DNA of 63,793 nt, the filler included, from Licmophora abbreviata (Eukaryota), in assembly GCA_900291995.1 (NCBI GenBank). It is 9 parts of 9 records of this genome, joined end to end, with 100 filler letters (N's around TTAATTAATTAA, not from the genome) between each part and the next. Parts side by side here need not be neighbours in the genome. Positions count along the whole stretch, not along the records: positions 41,776 to 52,912 come from OLMU01000507.1; positions 53,013 to 59,982 come from OLMU01000508.1; 7 more parts are not named here. One strand, written 5' to 3'. Under the pieces are notes generated by a model. The model had not been told where the DNA came from, did no database searches, and saw nothing but the letters and a program-made list of their open reading frames with translations. This document shows, piece by piece, positions 47,696-58,480 of the stretch; position 1 is the stretch's first letter, and each line of letters begins with the position of its first letter. The position numbers and the translations under genes are program-made.

Positions 47696-48936
47696 ATGAA
47701 TCCCAGAGCTGGTCTATTCCTTTCGCTAATATTTACCGCAACGCTGGTCGGCTTGCAGCGTCTCACATTTTCGACGGCACCGTCGGCCGTTGACGAGAGC
47801 GACGGTTGGACAAGAGACGAGACACGTCTTCTTCGTGATAGAAAGTCGTTGGAAGCAGATGGCGGTGCTATCTGGAAACAGATTGTTTTTGGTTTTCGCT
47901 TCGTGACACTGCCTCCTTCGCCTACCCCCTTGACCTTGGCACCCACTCTTACACCACCATCGCCGATGCCCACGGGCGGAGACGACACGACCGAGGGTGA
48001 CGTCCAGAACTGGCTAGATGCTACGGTCACACTTGAAGATGGCATCAAGTATGAGATTGTAGAACAAATCTACCATGATTCGACCGCTTTCACGTATGTA
48101 CCTCTACACCCCTCGATGCTATTTGTACCGCATCATGCGATAGGTTATGGCTCATCTTGCTTACGCTCTTTGTGCTTTCTTGCTTGCTTTGTAGTCAAGG
48201 TCTAACTTATGCGAACGAACTATTGTACGAATCTACTGGACTGCGAGGAGAGTCTTCGGTTCGAATAATTGATCCACAAACGGGCGTTGTTTTGTCCCAA
48301 GCGGACATGCCCCCTCAGTACTTTGGTGAAGGCATGACGCTATACAAGGACACTCTTGTTCAAATAACGTGGACTTCGGGAACCGGCTTCGTCTACAATG
48401 CGGCAGACCTAACAGTCCCACCGACACCATTCACGTACAGGACGACCAACACAAATCAAGGCTGGGGCATCACGTGGTACCCGGACCGCGATGAGTTCAT
48501 TGTATCAGATGGGTCGAACAACTTGATCTTTTGGGATCCAATCACGTACGAGATTATTCGGGCGCTACCAGTCTTTCGACAGACGGGACGTCCCGCCGTC
48601 TATTTGAACGAACTTGAGTTCTGGAGGGGGCGTGTTCTGGCCAATGTGTTTCTGGAAGATGTCTTACTGGTGATTCATCCAGAAACTGGTGTCGTGGAGA
48701 AAGAGTACGGTGAGTCTCTTCGCAATGGAATATACTCGGGCTGCCTCACACTGTAGTCTTACCGTGTCTCACAATCGCTCCATCCACACTCAGACTTTTC
48801 GGCGCTGTATCGCCAAGAAGAAGGTCGCCCCATCAGTGCTGTATTCAACGGAATTTCCGTGTCCGGGGATCCTCAACTTCTCTACGTTACCGGCAAGAGA
48901 TGGAACAGAATGTTTCTCATAAAACTGCTGTTTTGA
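47696..48936 (+). CDS. Glutaminyl-peptide cyclotransferase (plant/bacterial beta-propeller type), secretory pathway; 3 exons
   Basis: HDSTAFTQGL, LYESTGLRG, FGEGMT, QITW, GWGIT, SDGS, LNELE, VFNGI, YVTGKRW; introns 48094-48193 and ~48710-48793. Confidence 0.92.
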
Positions 48937-49093
48937 TAGGACGAGTCTTCTTTGATCATGCAGCATTGTGATGGGCTACAAACATACGTCAAGTGCCTAC
49001 TGTAACTGTAGCGAGAAGCATACGCCACCTTCTAATTGCCAATTCTATACGGCTAGAGTAAAGTTGATACGAAGTAAGTAGTATCTAACCGAT

Positions 49094-50366
49094 CTATGGT
49101 TCATTCGCTCCTCCACCTTGTTGGTTATCATCGGCAAGGTCCTCCCGTAATCGTCGTATCCCTTCCATCGCAACAGCTTTCTTTTTAGCCTTTTGTTCCG
49201 CCATTCGATTCTTGAGATCCTCTAGGTAGTCTGTCTCGAAGTCCTGTGCCGCACGGTTGACCGTCTCCCAGAACTCGTCGACCCCGTCGCCCGTGGCCGC
49301 CGATACGCCACACTTGTGTAGCTGACTATAAAACTCGTCTAACACCAGACTCAGACTCCGTGTCAGTGATCCGTAGTAGCCAGTTGACTCATCCGACGCA
49401 TTCATATCATCCAAAGCCTCCTGAAAGGCATCATAATCCTGCATCCATTCCAGGACAAAGTCATGTGGCACAACATCAATCTTGTTGAACACCACGACAA
49501 GCGGAAGTCGCGTCCGATATAGAATACTACAGGCGTACAGCATGTTGCTCATGAAGGTGTTTGGACTTGAAGCGCATCGCACCGTGTCGACTACAAACGC
49601 CAGTACGGTGGGAAAGGAGCTGGCAAGAGCTTCAGAGATAATTGATCCTGAAGCCGACCAAGTGAAGCTTTCAATTTGTCCCGGCGTGTCGACCAAAATA
49701 TAATCCATGGGCGTCTCGGAATCGGCGCGACGTTCGAGAATACTAATCACTTGATCAAATTTGGTACAAAACAAGTTGAGAGAAGTCATGATTGCTCCAT
49801 TTGGTCCCAGACGATGCTGCTCCATTACTTGCTGCGAATTTGTTTTGTAAGGTCGCGCGGAAGTGTAGAACAATCATTCAGACAAAGAAGCACAAACATC
49901 AAAACAAAACGATATAAGAGGGTCTTCTAGCACTCACCTTGTAATTGACAGTGTCGCGAATGTCAATAGATGCCCCGAATGTTAGCGACAACGTTGCAGG
50001 ATCCAGATTGAGGCAATACCCTGTCTTGGCCGGGACATGGGCGGAATCCTCCTTCTGTTCATCCTCCTGTGATCCGTTCTTTTTGGTATTCTCCTCAATC
50101 TCACCACTATCTTTTAGATCTCTCGAGTCCGCTTGAGCATGCGTTTGCAAGGAGTGTTGCAGCTGAGCTACAAGCTGAGACTTGCCGGCACCTGCCATGC
50201 CGACGACAATCACACAAACGGGGGAAACGAAAGTTGAGCCTGCTTTTCGTCTAGCGCATCTTTCCATGACTGGAAGCACAGCCTTCTCCTCTCCAACTTG
50301 ATTCTTCCCGTCTGACTCCAGCAAGTCATTCTCTGTCAACTCGAATTGCTGCTTCTGTTCCGTCAT
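49094..50366 (-). CDS. GPN1: GPN-loop GTPase 1 (Npa3/XAB1); 2 exons
   Basis: [66 protein letters not shown]; intron 49832-49937. Confidence 0.93.
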
Positions 50367-50513
50367 GGTCGCTGTCGCATCGAACCTAGAATCACAGCAA
50401 CATCGAGGCGTCGTGTTTTGGTTTGTGGTGTGGTCGTGTATGTCGTCGCGCAAGGAATCTGGAATTTCTGTTGCTGCAATGATGAGATGGTTCGACACAT
50501 TCGACAAACGTGA

Positions 50514-50555
50514 GACTCTCGTGACTCGACTGACTCACTCGCGACTCACTCACTC
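50514..50555. promoter_or_regulatory. Cluster of GACTC/ACTC motifs (including TGACTCA) in a divergent promoter
   Basis: gactctcgtgactcgactgactcactcgcgactcactcactc between the GPN1 and metalloprotease starts. Confidence 0.35.
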
Positions 50556-50635
50556 CACGAATCTTTAGAAGAATCTTCAATCTTTGTCACAGACCGTCAC
50601 ACGACCGAGTACAGCGAACCATCACACATTTCGAA

Positions 50636-51850
50636 ATGGTCTCACAAATCGCGAAATCGTCAGAGCATGACGGAAAAGATCAACCAAGATCTTCGCACGA
50701 GTCAAACATGCAGATCGGACGCCCCAATTCATTTACTGTTGCTCCTGCAGAAAGTTCAGAATCCAAGGATGATCAAAGTGTCGAGATCGACGTCGGAGAC
50801 TGGCTTGTTGATCCCCAACGCATCCAAAGCCGTCAAGATTCGAGGTCGTTCTGTGCCAAGCACTGCACGGGTTTTATCCTTCTAGGATGCATTGTAGTTG
50901 GTTCGGTTGTTGGGATTTCAATTTTTCTTACAGGCAGTGCGAACCCCGGGGAATTCTTTGTACAAGAAGATCCTCCAGGCATGACCGATGTCAATCCATG
51001 GCGGGTGAGACCGAAAACTGGCCTACGTATGGCTGTCCTCAACGCACTAGAAGACCAATGGACACCAGCATTCGACCAGTACGTCCAAGAGTGGGACAAT
51101 GGTGAGCCCGACTCGCTTATTCTCTCATCAAGAAAAGTTGCCCATGATGTCGATTGTTCCCCCGTCGACGGCCTCATCAAAGTGTGCAACGGCGACTACG
51201 GAAACACCAACTGGCGTGGAATCAACGTCATGCTTACACAGAATGGGTTCGCTGTGAATAGCGCTGCCAAGCTCAACGATTACCATCTAGACAGAGGGAG
51301 TGAATCCCAACGACTGTACACGATGTGTCACGAAATTGGACACGCTCTGGGTCTTCCCCACACAGACGAGAACTACCACAATCGCAATCGCGGCGACTGT
51401 CTCGACTATACGACTCGTCCTGAGGGAAACTTGCGACCAGGACAATTCAACTTTGATCTATTGGCAGACGTATATGGTATCGTGGGATCGACGCCTGACG
51501 CTCCGTCTGGTTCGTCCGGAGCGCCCGGATCGCGACCGCCGAGAAACGAAGATGAGGACGACAGAGGTCGTCATGTCCGACGCCTCGGCGACCCTAGCAA
51601 GTACCTTCCTTGTGACAACGCTGACGAGTTGTTGACAAACCTAGATCCAACGCCGTCATTCATTTTGAACTCGTACAGAACCGTCGTATCGAAGCTCGAG
51701 CATATGTCATGTGAGGACCTTCATGCCGATCAATCGGGACCGAATGTTCGAATGCTACACCAGCATACAAGAGGCGAAGGCTGTGAAGTGGAGTTAGGGT
51801 ACGACGGGTCTAGCACATACTCGGTGCATATCCACAAGTTGCGCGTGTAA
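50636..51850 (+). CDS. Membrane-anchored metzincin-type zinc metalloprotease
   Basis: HEIGHALGLPH (HExxHxxGxxH); single TM FILLGCIVVGSVVGISIFL. Confidence 0.85.
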   Translation: MVSQIAKSSEHDGKDQPRSSHESNMQIGRPNSFTVAPAESSESKDDQSVEIDVGDWLVDPQRIQSRQDSRSFCAKHCTGFILLGCIVVGSVVGISIFLTGSANPGEFFVQEDPPGMTDVNPWRVRPKTGLRMAVLNALEDQWTPAFDQYVQEWDNGEPDSLILSSRKVAHDVDCSPVDGLIKVCNGDYGNTNWRGINVMLTQNGFAVNSAAKLNDYHLDRGSESQRLYTMCHEIGHALGLPHTDENYHNRNRGDCLDYTTRPEGNLRPGQFNFDLLADVYGIVGSTPDAPSGSSGAPGSRPPRNEDEDDRGRHVRRLGDPSKYLPCDNADELLTNLDPTPSFILNSYRTVVSKLEHMSCEDLHADQSGPNVRMLHQHTRGEGCEVELGYDGSSTYSVHIHKLRV

Positions 51851-52603
51851 ATTGTAGAGCAAGGGTGTGATGTCTTGATGAGGCGAGCTCCTGACTCGTG
51901 GAGTAAGGATTTGTGTACGATGTCTGTGACTGAACGAAATTTAGAATATAGAGAGGCGTCGTGAAACATGATTAGAGAAATAATTCACGATGTTAGCATG
52001 TTCAATATGTACAAGAGGGTTGTCTTTCCTGTCATCGTCGTGAGCTGCACAGCTATCATACGTTGCCATGATAGCCTCCGGGTTGACTCCGCTAGCATCC
52101 TCGGGATGGTCTCTCTCTACTAGCCAGAGAGTATTGCTATTGTATATTCTTTGAGCAGAGGAACAAGTCAGTGCGAAGCTAGCCTGAGCGATTAGGGCTG
52201 GCTATAGTAATACGGTATCTCGACAAGAAGACAATACAATGGTGAAGCAGTATCGTGTTTCTGTTGCGGTGTTCTTATCTTCAGTTCTCTGGGCTGGGCA
52301 GGCGTGATATGTACAAATCCCATCGCTCGACGATATTTTCGTATGCATCTCGCGTTTATATCATCACTTGGAGCGAAAGGGAATGTCGGCATTGGACGTC
52401 ATCAGGACTTTTGATTTTGTTTCCCTGCCAGCTCGTCGGCCGGTGCAAGGATGAGAGACAGAGACGACCAACGATGACGAGAACTACGGCACCGACGAAT
52501 CCTGCTAGCATCGTGGGCCGCGCCGCTTTGGGAAGATAAACCGACAGCTCTGATCGCGTACAAGTCTGTTGAGCAGATTCGCAACCAAAACCTGCTTGGC
52601 ATC

Positions 52604-54859
52604 ATGGTGGATCCGGTGTCGATGCCATTAGACTTGCCGAAGCCGCAGAGAGCGCCACACTCACGTAGGAGAACAACAGGATCCTTGTCTCCAGCTAACG
52701 CAACGAAACCAATCTCTCAGAATGATCCTCCTCAGCCTTCAAGAAGAAAGAGAGCATCAGGTCGCTTTCAATGCGCCCTGGCCATGTCCCGGGCAGAGAC
52801 AGTCCTTGTCTCCGCCACCGGCGACGTGCTTGTTTCTCGATCTCGGTCCTCACCATACGCAATCGTCGAGCATCCGATCATCTCTGGGAAGAGCGCAGCT
52901 TCAAAGGAAGATNNNNNNNNNNNNNNNNNNNNNNNNNNNNNNNNNNNNNNNNNNNNTTAATTAATTAANNNNNNNNNNNNNNNNNNNNNNNNNNNNNNNN
53001 NNNNNNNNNNNNCAACGTGGTGGAGATCGGGCGACAATTCCTTGTGCGGCATGTGTATTCCCGGAGACGACGACCCTCATTCCAGTGGCGGACTACTCGG
53101 TGGTGCGGCGCAAGTCGCAAACGAGATCGTGAAGGCAGAGAGCGAGACCAAACGGGAGGAAGATGAACGCGTTCTTCTTGAACGACAAACTGTGGAAAAG
53201 ATGTATCCTGATCTGCCATCTGATGCGGACGAGGAGTCGATACTGCCTCTTCCGAGCTTTGACTACTCACATTTCACAGAGGGCGGAAATGACATGGAAT
53301 CGATTTCTGCTCCTCGTCGACGGACGCATTCTGGGCAGCTATCACCTCTTCACGAGAATTCAATTTCGCACGGACATATCTTGGATGACGAAACGACTGA
53401 ACGACCAGCAAGGCAGCTCACGCCACCGCTTGTGATGCACGGAGTGCCAACATTCCTACCAGCATTTTCTCAGATAAGAGTGACGAAGGTATCTGCTCAT
53501 CCCCTTGGATCGCACATGCTACTCATTTCCTCTGCAGCGCTATTATTTTCTTGTGGCCTGAACGATAACGGACAGCTAGGACTCGGGCGGAAGACACCAA
53601 TTGATGGCAAAACGAAAGGTTTTGTTACTACACCTACTATCGTCACACCTCTCCTGGAGAACGGAGGGAAAGCTACCGTGTGTGCAGCCGGAGTCAATAA
53701 CTCACTAGTTGTTGTAAAGACAGAAGGTAGACGGGTGGGGAGGTTTCGTCGACTGTCACGGGCGATGACGTCGTCACTGTCCAGTGTTGACACTGTCAAA
53801 GAGAACGGAGAGCCCTATCCGTCTCGTGGTGATGCATCGACGTCGGTTTGGCACCACCAGCTATATGGTTTCGGGGGAAACGAATGTCAGAAACTAGGAC
53901 TCGTGAATACCAAAGAGAGCGCCGAGAATGATGTTCTTCTTCCTCGTCGCGTGGCGCTTCACTGCAACGTTTTCCAGGGAACGGACGACGCCAATGGGAT
54001 TTTTGCGATAGCGGCATCATCGCACCACTCAGCGGCTCTGGTAAGGCTTTCCACTGGCACCACAGAAGTGTACACTTGGGGGAATGCTGGTGATGGTGCC
54101 CTTGGTCATTGCGAGAAAGTGACGTCAGGTATTGTTCCCGTCCCAACCATCGTTCCCTCTTTGTCGACGGAATCGTCTGAAAAGGACCGTCCTGTTCAAC
54201 TTGCTGTTGGACCAGTATCGACCTTTGTTGTAACATCGGCAGGCCGATGCTTGAGCTTTGGTTCGAGCGATGGCCTTCTCGGCCACGGGCGCAATGCAAT
54301 GTATGTGGCTCAACCCAAAGAAATTGTATTTCCGTCATCGGGCCATGGTGGAACGGAGATACGAAGCGTGAGCGTAGGGGCACGCCATGCGGTTGCTATT
54401 GCCGCTGACGGGCGTGCATTCACCTGGGGCGATTCATCGCACGGGAGAACAGGCTTGGGAGGCGGTCGAGCAGAATTCTTGCCGATTACCAATGACCGAG
54501 ATCGCAGTAGAGTACACGCCAATCCAACGATCGAATACACACCTCAGCAAGTCAAGATATCCCGTCCGACTCGTGATATCGATCTCCGGAAAGTCAGCCG
54601 AAGGAGGGTGCTGTCAGACAGTCAGCTAGGCGAAGCTGTGGCATCGTGCCGACTGGACGATGGTCCTCCAAGAGCAGAGCACAAGAGCACGGATCGATTC
54701 GCAACCGCCTGTGCTGGATACGACGGCACGGTCTTCTTGACGGAGTCTGGGTCTGTACTATCTTGTGGAAAAGGTTCTGGTCGTCTTGCCCAGGGCTCAA
54801 AGACGTCAGACTCCTTGCACCCTGCAAAAGTGTTTGGAGGTCTTTACCTATGGAGATAG
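52604..54859 (+). CDS. RCC1/BLIP-II repeat protein spanning spacer 6
   Basis: SCGLNDNGQLGLG, YGFGGNECQKLG, YTWGNAGDGALG and SVGARHAVA..FTWGDSSHGRTGLG. The ORF before the gap (52604-52912) is probably its N-terminus. Confidence 0.8.
52913..53012. other. Assembly spacer 6
   Basis: N44-TTAATTAATTAA-N44. Confidence 0.99.
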
Positions 54860-55021
54860 TACTATGTGCGGTAGATAAGTTGCTAGAATGTGGCTTATGT
54901 CTGGAACGGCTACCGAATGGCTATATTTTACCGAACGGAACTGTTAGGGTTAGAAAATAGAATGTTCGCGACTTCAGTTCTCCATCGCGCATTATAGCGC
55001 GCCAGTGTTGTGTGACGCCGT

Positions 55022-55060
55022 TGATGATGCGCTGTGATGATGTGATGTTGATGTGATGTG
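55022..55060. repeat. Imperfect TGATG microsatellite-like tract
   Basis: tgatgatgcgctgtgatgatgtgatgttgatgtgatgtg upstream of the CRTISO-like gene; similar tract at ~14019-14042. Confidence 0.6.
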
Positions 55061-55174
55061 TCGCTGCATTTGTTTTGGAAATGCAGGTTTGGTTGCCCTA
55101 CCACAGGTAGCTGTCGTCAAACGCAGTGGAAAGGATATCAGTCTTTGGCAAAGATAGCCGCTCTATAGAAGACA

Positions 55175-57315
55175 ATGGCTCGCTTCTTGACCGTAGCGAC
55201 GCTGGGATTGGCCGCAATGCACCGAGCCTGGGGATTTGCTCCGATTGCGCTGTGCGATGACATCCGATGTTCATTTGCCAGATCTTTGTCGCGTCAGATC
55301 CCCCCAAGGCGTGATTTTCAACGTAGTAAAGCTACTCTGTTCTCCTCCCAAGTGGAAGAAGTGGACGTGGTGGTCGTCGGGTCGGGAGTCGGTGGTCTTT
55401 CCTGCGCTGCGCTCTCGGCAAAGTATGGCCTCAAGACGCTTTGCTTGGAGGCACACGACACCGCCGGAGGCTGCGCACACTCCTTTTCTCGGTACACTTC
55501 GGCCTCCAAGACGACCCCGTTCAAATTCGACTCGGGGCCCAGCTTAATCAGCGGCTTGTCGTCAAAAGGAACGAATCCATTGCGACAAGTTCTCGACGCC
55601 ATCGGCACGGCCGACAGCATTGATTGGCACACCTATGTGAGTTTTCTTTCCGACGTGCATGCAACCTGATCGCTGCGAAGGACTCACTGCTCTTTGATCC
55701 ATCCAGGATGGTTGGCTTATTCATGACTATGCTGACGGAAAAACGTTCAAACTCACGACGGGCAGTGGCGGTATGTTGCGTTGAGCTATGTGTCGACGCG
55801 GACGACTATGAACATACAGATCAAGTCCTAACAGTGTGTTCTTATCCACCACCGCAAATGCTTGTATAGGAGATTTCGAGAGGGCACTTGAGGAAAAGGA
55901 GGGGAGGCAATCGCGAGAGGCATTCGAGCGCTTCAAGGATAAGATGCTGGAACCGCGAGGGTTGACGGAAGCGAGTGCTTACATTCCTCCGTTCGCCCTG
56001 CGAGGCGGAGTATCGGCGGTAGCTAGTCTCGCCAGGTACACACTGAAGCTTCTGAGCATTGGTCCAAAAGGCAACCTCCTCACGGGACCGTTCACGGCCG
56101 TAATGGACCTACATGGGGTAAGAGCACGTGGACAGTAAGATGCGCGTTCAATCGATGTGATCTCACGCACTACTGATATTGTTTTGCTCTTAGCTCAAAG
56201 ACCCATTTGTGCGAAAGTGGTTTGATTACATTGCGTTCGCGCTTTCAGGTCTGGACGCAGCGCATACGCAGGCTGCTCCCGTTGCATATATGTTGAGTGA
56301 CTTGCACAAAGCAGGTGCGGTACTCGACTATCCAATGGGTGGCATGGATTCTCTAATACAAGCGCTTGTCGGAGGGATGGAAGGGCACGGCGGGGAGCTC
56401 CGTCTTAACCGTCGCGTGGTGCGCATGTTGATGGAGGAAAAGGACGGATCCGCTCATTGCACCGGTGTTGCCCTCGAGGATGGGACGACGATCAAAGCAA
56501 AGAAGGGTGTCGTCAGTAATGTACCATTATGGAATATGGCTAGGATACTGGAAGACAGCGTCGACGCTGATACATCGGAGAGTAGGATTGAGAAGGCAGT
56601 GAAGAGCATACGTGATAGAGCTGATGAAATGTGCATGACGAGGAGCTTCATGCATCTCCATCTCGGCATTCCAAACGATGGTATTGGGGAACTGGAGTGC
56701 CATCACTCAGTTTTGAATTTCGATGAGGACGTGACGGCCGAACAAAATATGGTTATCATCTCAATACCGACTGTGTTTGACCCGAGTCTGGCCCCAGAGG
56801 GCTATCACATTGTCCATGCATATACCGCAGCCTCTGATAATTTCGATGAGTGGCTACCATTTCTTGAAGGCGGCACCGACGGCGGTAAGGTTGGGTCAAA
56901 TCCGAACTCAGGTGCGGCTTCCAAATACAGTCGCGAAGATGGCTACGAACTTCTCAAAGAGCAGAAGTCTGAAGCACTTTGGCGTGCAGTCGAATGTGTA
57001 ATTCCTGACGTCCGGAAGCGTGCCAAACGAAAAGGCAGCATCGTCATGATCGGTACACCGCTGACCCATCGACGCTACAATCAACGCTTCCGCGGAACAT
57101 ACGGCCCAGCACCATCCGATGGAGCAGACGTATGGGACCTTGTGGGGGCGACAACGAAGGTGAAACGGCTGCTAGCGTGTGGCGATACCTGCTTCCCCGG
57201 GATCGGTCTTCCTGGTGTCGCTGCCTCGGGAACAATTGCAGCGAATACTCTCGTGAACGTTGGGCGGCAGATGAAACTTATCAGCTCTTTGAAACAGGAC
57301 GGCTCGCTACAGTAG
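55175..57315 (+). CDS. Plastid-targeted carotenoid isomerase (CRTISO)/phytoene-desaturase-family FAD oxidoreductase; 4 exons
   Basis: AWG|FAP presequence, VVGSGVGGL, EAHDTAGGCAH, FDSGPSL, YPMGG, SFMHLHLGI, GTPLTH..RGTYGP, CGDTCFPGIGLPGVAASG; introns start at 55637, ~55771 and 56118. Confidence 0.9.
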
Positions 57316-57391
57316 TAGATAGATGGAACGTCTAAGATCTAGTGCAGGTGCAATCATCCAAGACTCCACCGCCAATATTACAATGGAAATT

Positions 57392-58180
57392 TCACACGTT
57401 GCTCTTCATTCCGTTCGCGATACATCGATTGACAACACCAAGAAGGTGTTTGTTCTCTAGCGCGGCGCAGACTCTTTCCTTGTCTGCGAGCTGCTTGTTG
57501 ACGGCATGTTCGCTGGCGTGAGTTCCCGACTGGATCTTTACCGTAACTTTGAAGCGAGGAGGCATGGAGCGAAGCAACTTGACTCGAATACACAATCCAA
57601 TAAGCGTGGCCATGCTACAATGAGGGATAGTCGGTGTGAAACGCACTTCGACAGTAGAGAGCGCCGACCGACCCTTGTTGTCGTTCACCGTGATGTGGTC
57701 CTCGTTTACGACATTCAACTGCTCCAAGGTGAGCGGATGCTCCGGATCCTGAATATTTCGAATGATATCGAAGATTTCGTCAGTAGTTACATCTTCATGT
57801 GACTGGTGCTGCGGGGGCTTTGCCGCCCGATCTTGCAGGGCAGCATCAGTGACAAAGCTCGGTCGACTAAGAGCTTGCCCGCGAGACGACGGTATCACCA
57901 TTCCGGCTTTTCGTAGCAAAGAAACGCCATCTGGATTGACAGCGGCCACATCTGTCAGTGCATGAAATACTGCGCGGTCTTCTGCTGTCTGCATCGGGCT
58001 GAAACCACCACTTGGGACAACGCCGGTCGACACGAATGCGTCCTTGTCGCCGCTGCAGTACGCGAAGTTGAACCTTTCAAGCTCCTCAAATCCAAGCGAC
58101 TTTTTTCCACCGCGCGTCCGCTTCTTCTGCACGGCATGTACGACCGGGTTGGCATTTTCCTTTACAGAACCTTCTAGCAT
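57392..58180 (-). CDS. CIAO2B: Cytosolic Fe-S assembly component CIA2/MIP18 (FAM96B-like)
   Basis: [70 protein letters not shown]. Confidence 0.9.
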   Translation of the reverse strand: MLEGSVKENANPVVHAVQKKRTRGGKKSLGFEELERFNFAYCSGDKDAFVSTGVVPSGGFSPMQTAEDRAVFHALTDVAAVNPDGVSLLRKAGMVIPSSRGQALSRPSFVTDAALQDRAAKPPQHQSHEDVTTDEIFDIIRNIQDPEHPLTLEQLNVVNEDHITVNDNKGRSALSTVEVRFTPTIPHCSMATLIGLCIRVKLLRSMPPRFKVTVKIQSGTHASEHAVNKQLADKERVCAALENKHLLGVVNRCIANGMKSNV

Positions 58181-58480
58181 CGTCGTATCCGCTCCTCCCA
58201 GTAATGATACGTCGACCAGCGGGGCTTGATTGTTGTGATCTGATGAAGTTTTGATGATTTTCCCTCGCGCGCTGCCGCGGGCCTCATACACTCTCTGTAT
58301 CAGCTGCGCGATCACAGAAGTTACAGCTCTCACCAAAATGGCGCTACAGAGCTACTATCCATTCTCTCTCTCCGTATCTGGTACCGGTACGGGGAAAGGT
58401 CTACAAACAAATAAAGACATGGCCTTTACACCAGTATGCAATACATCTCTCAGAAAGGTTAGGAAACACTACTTGTATCT

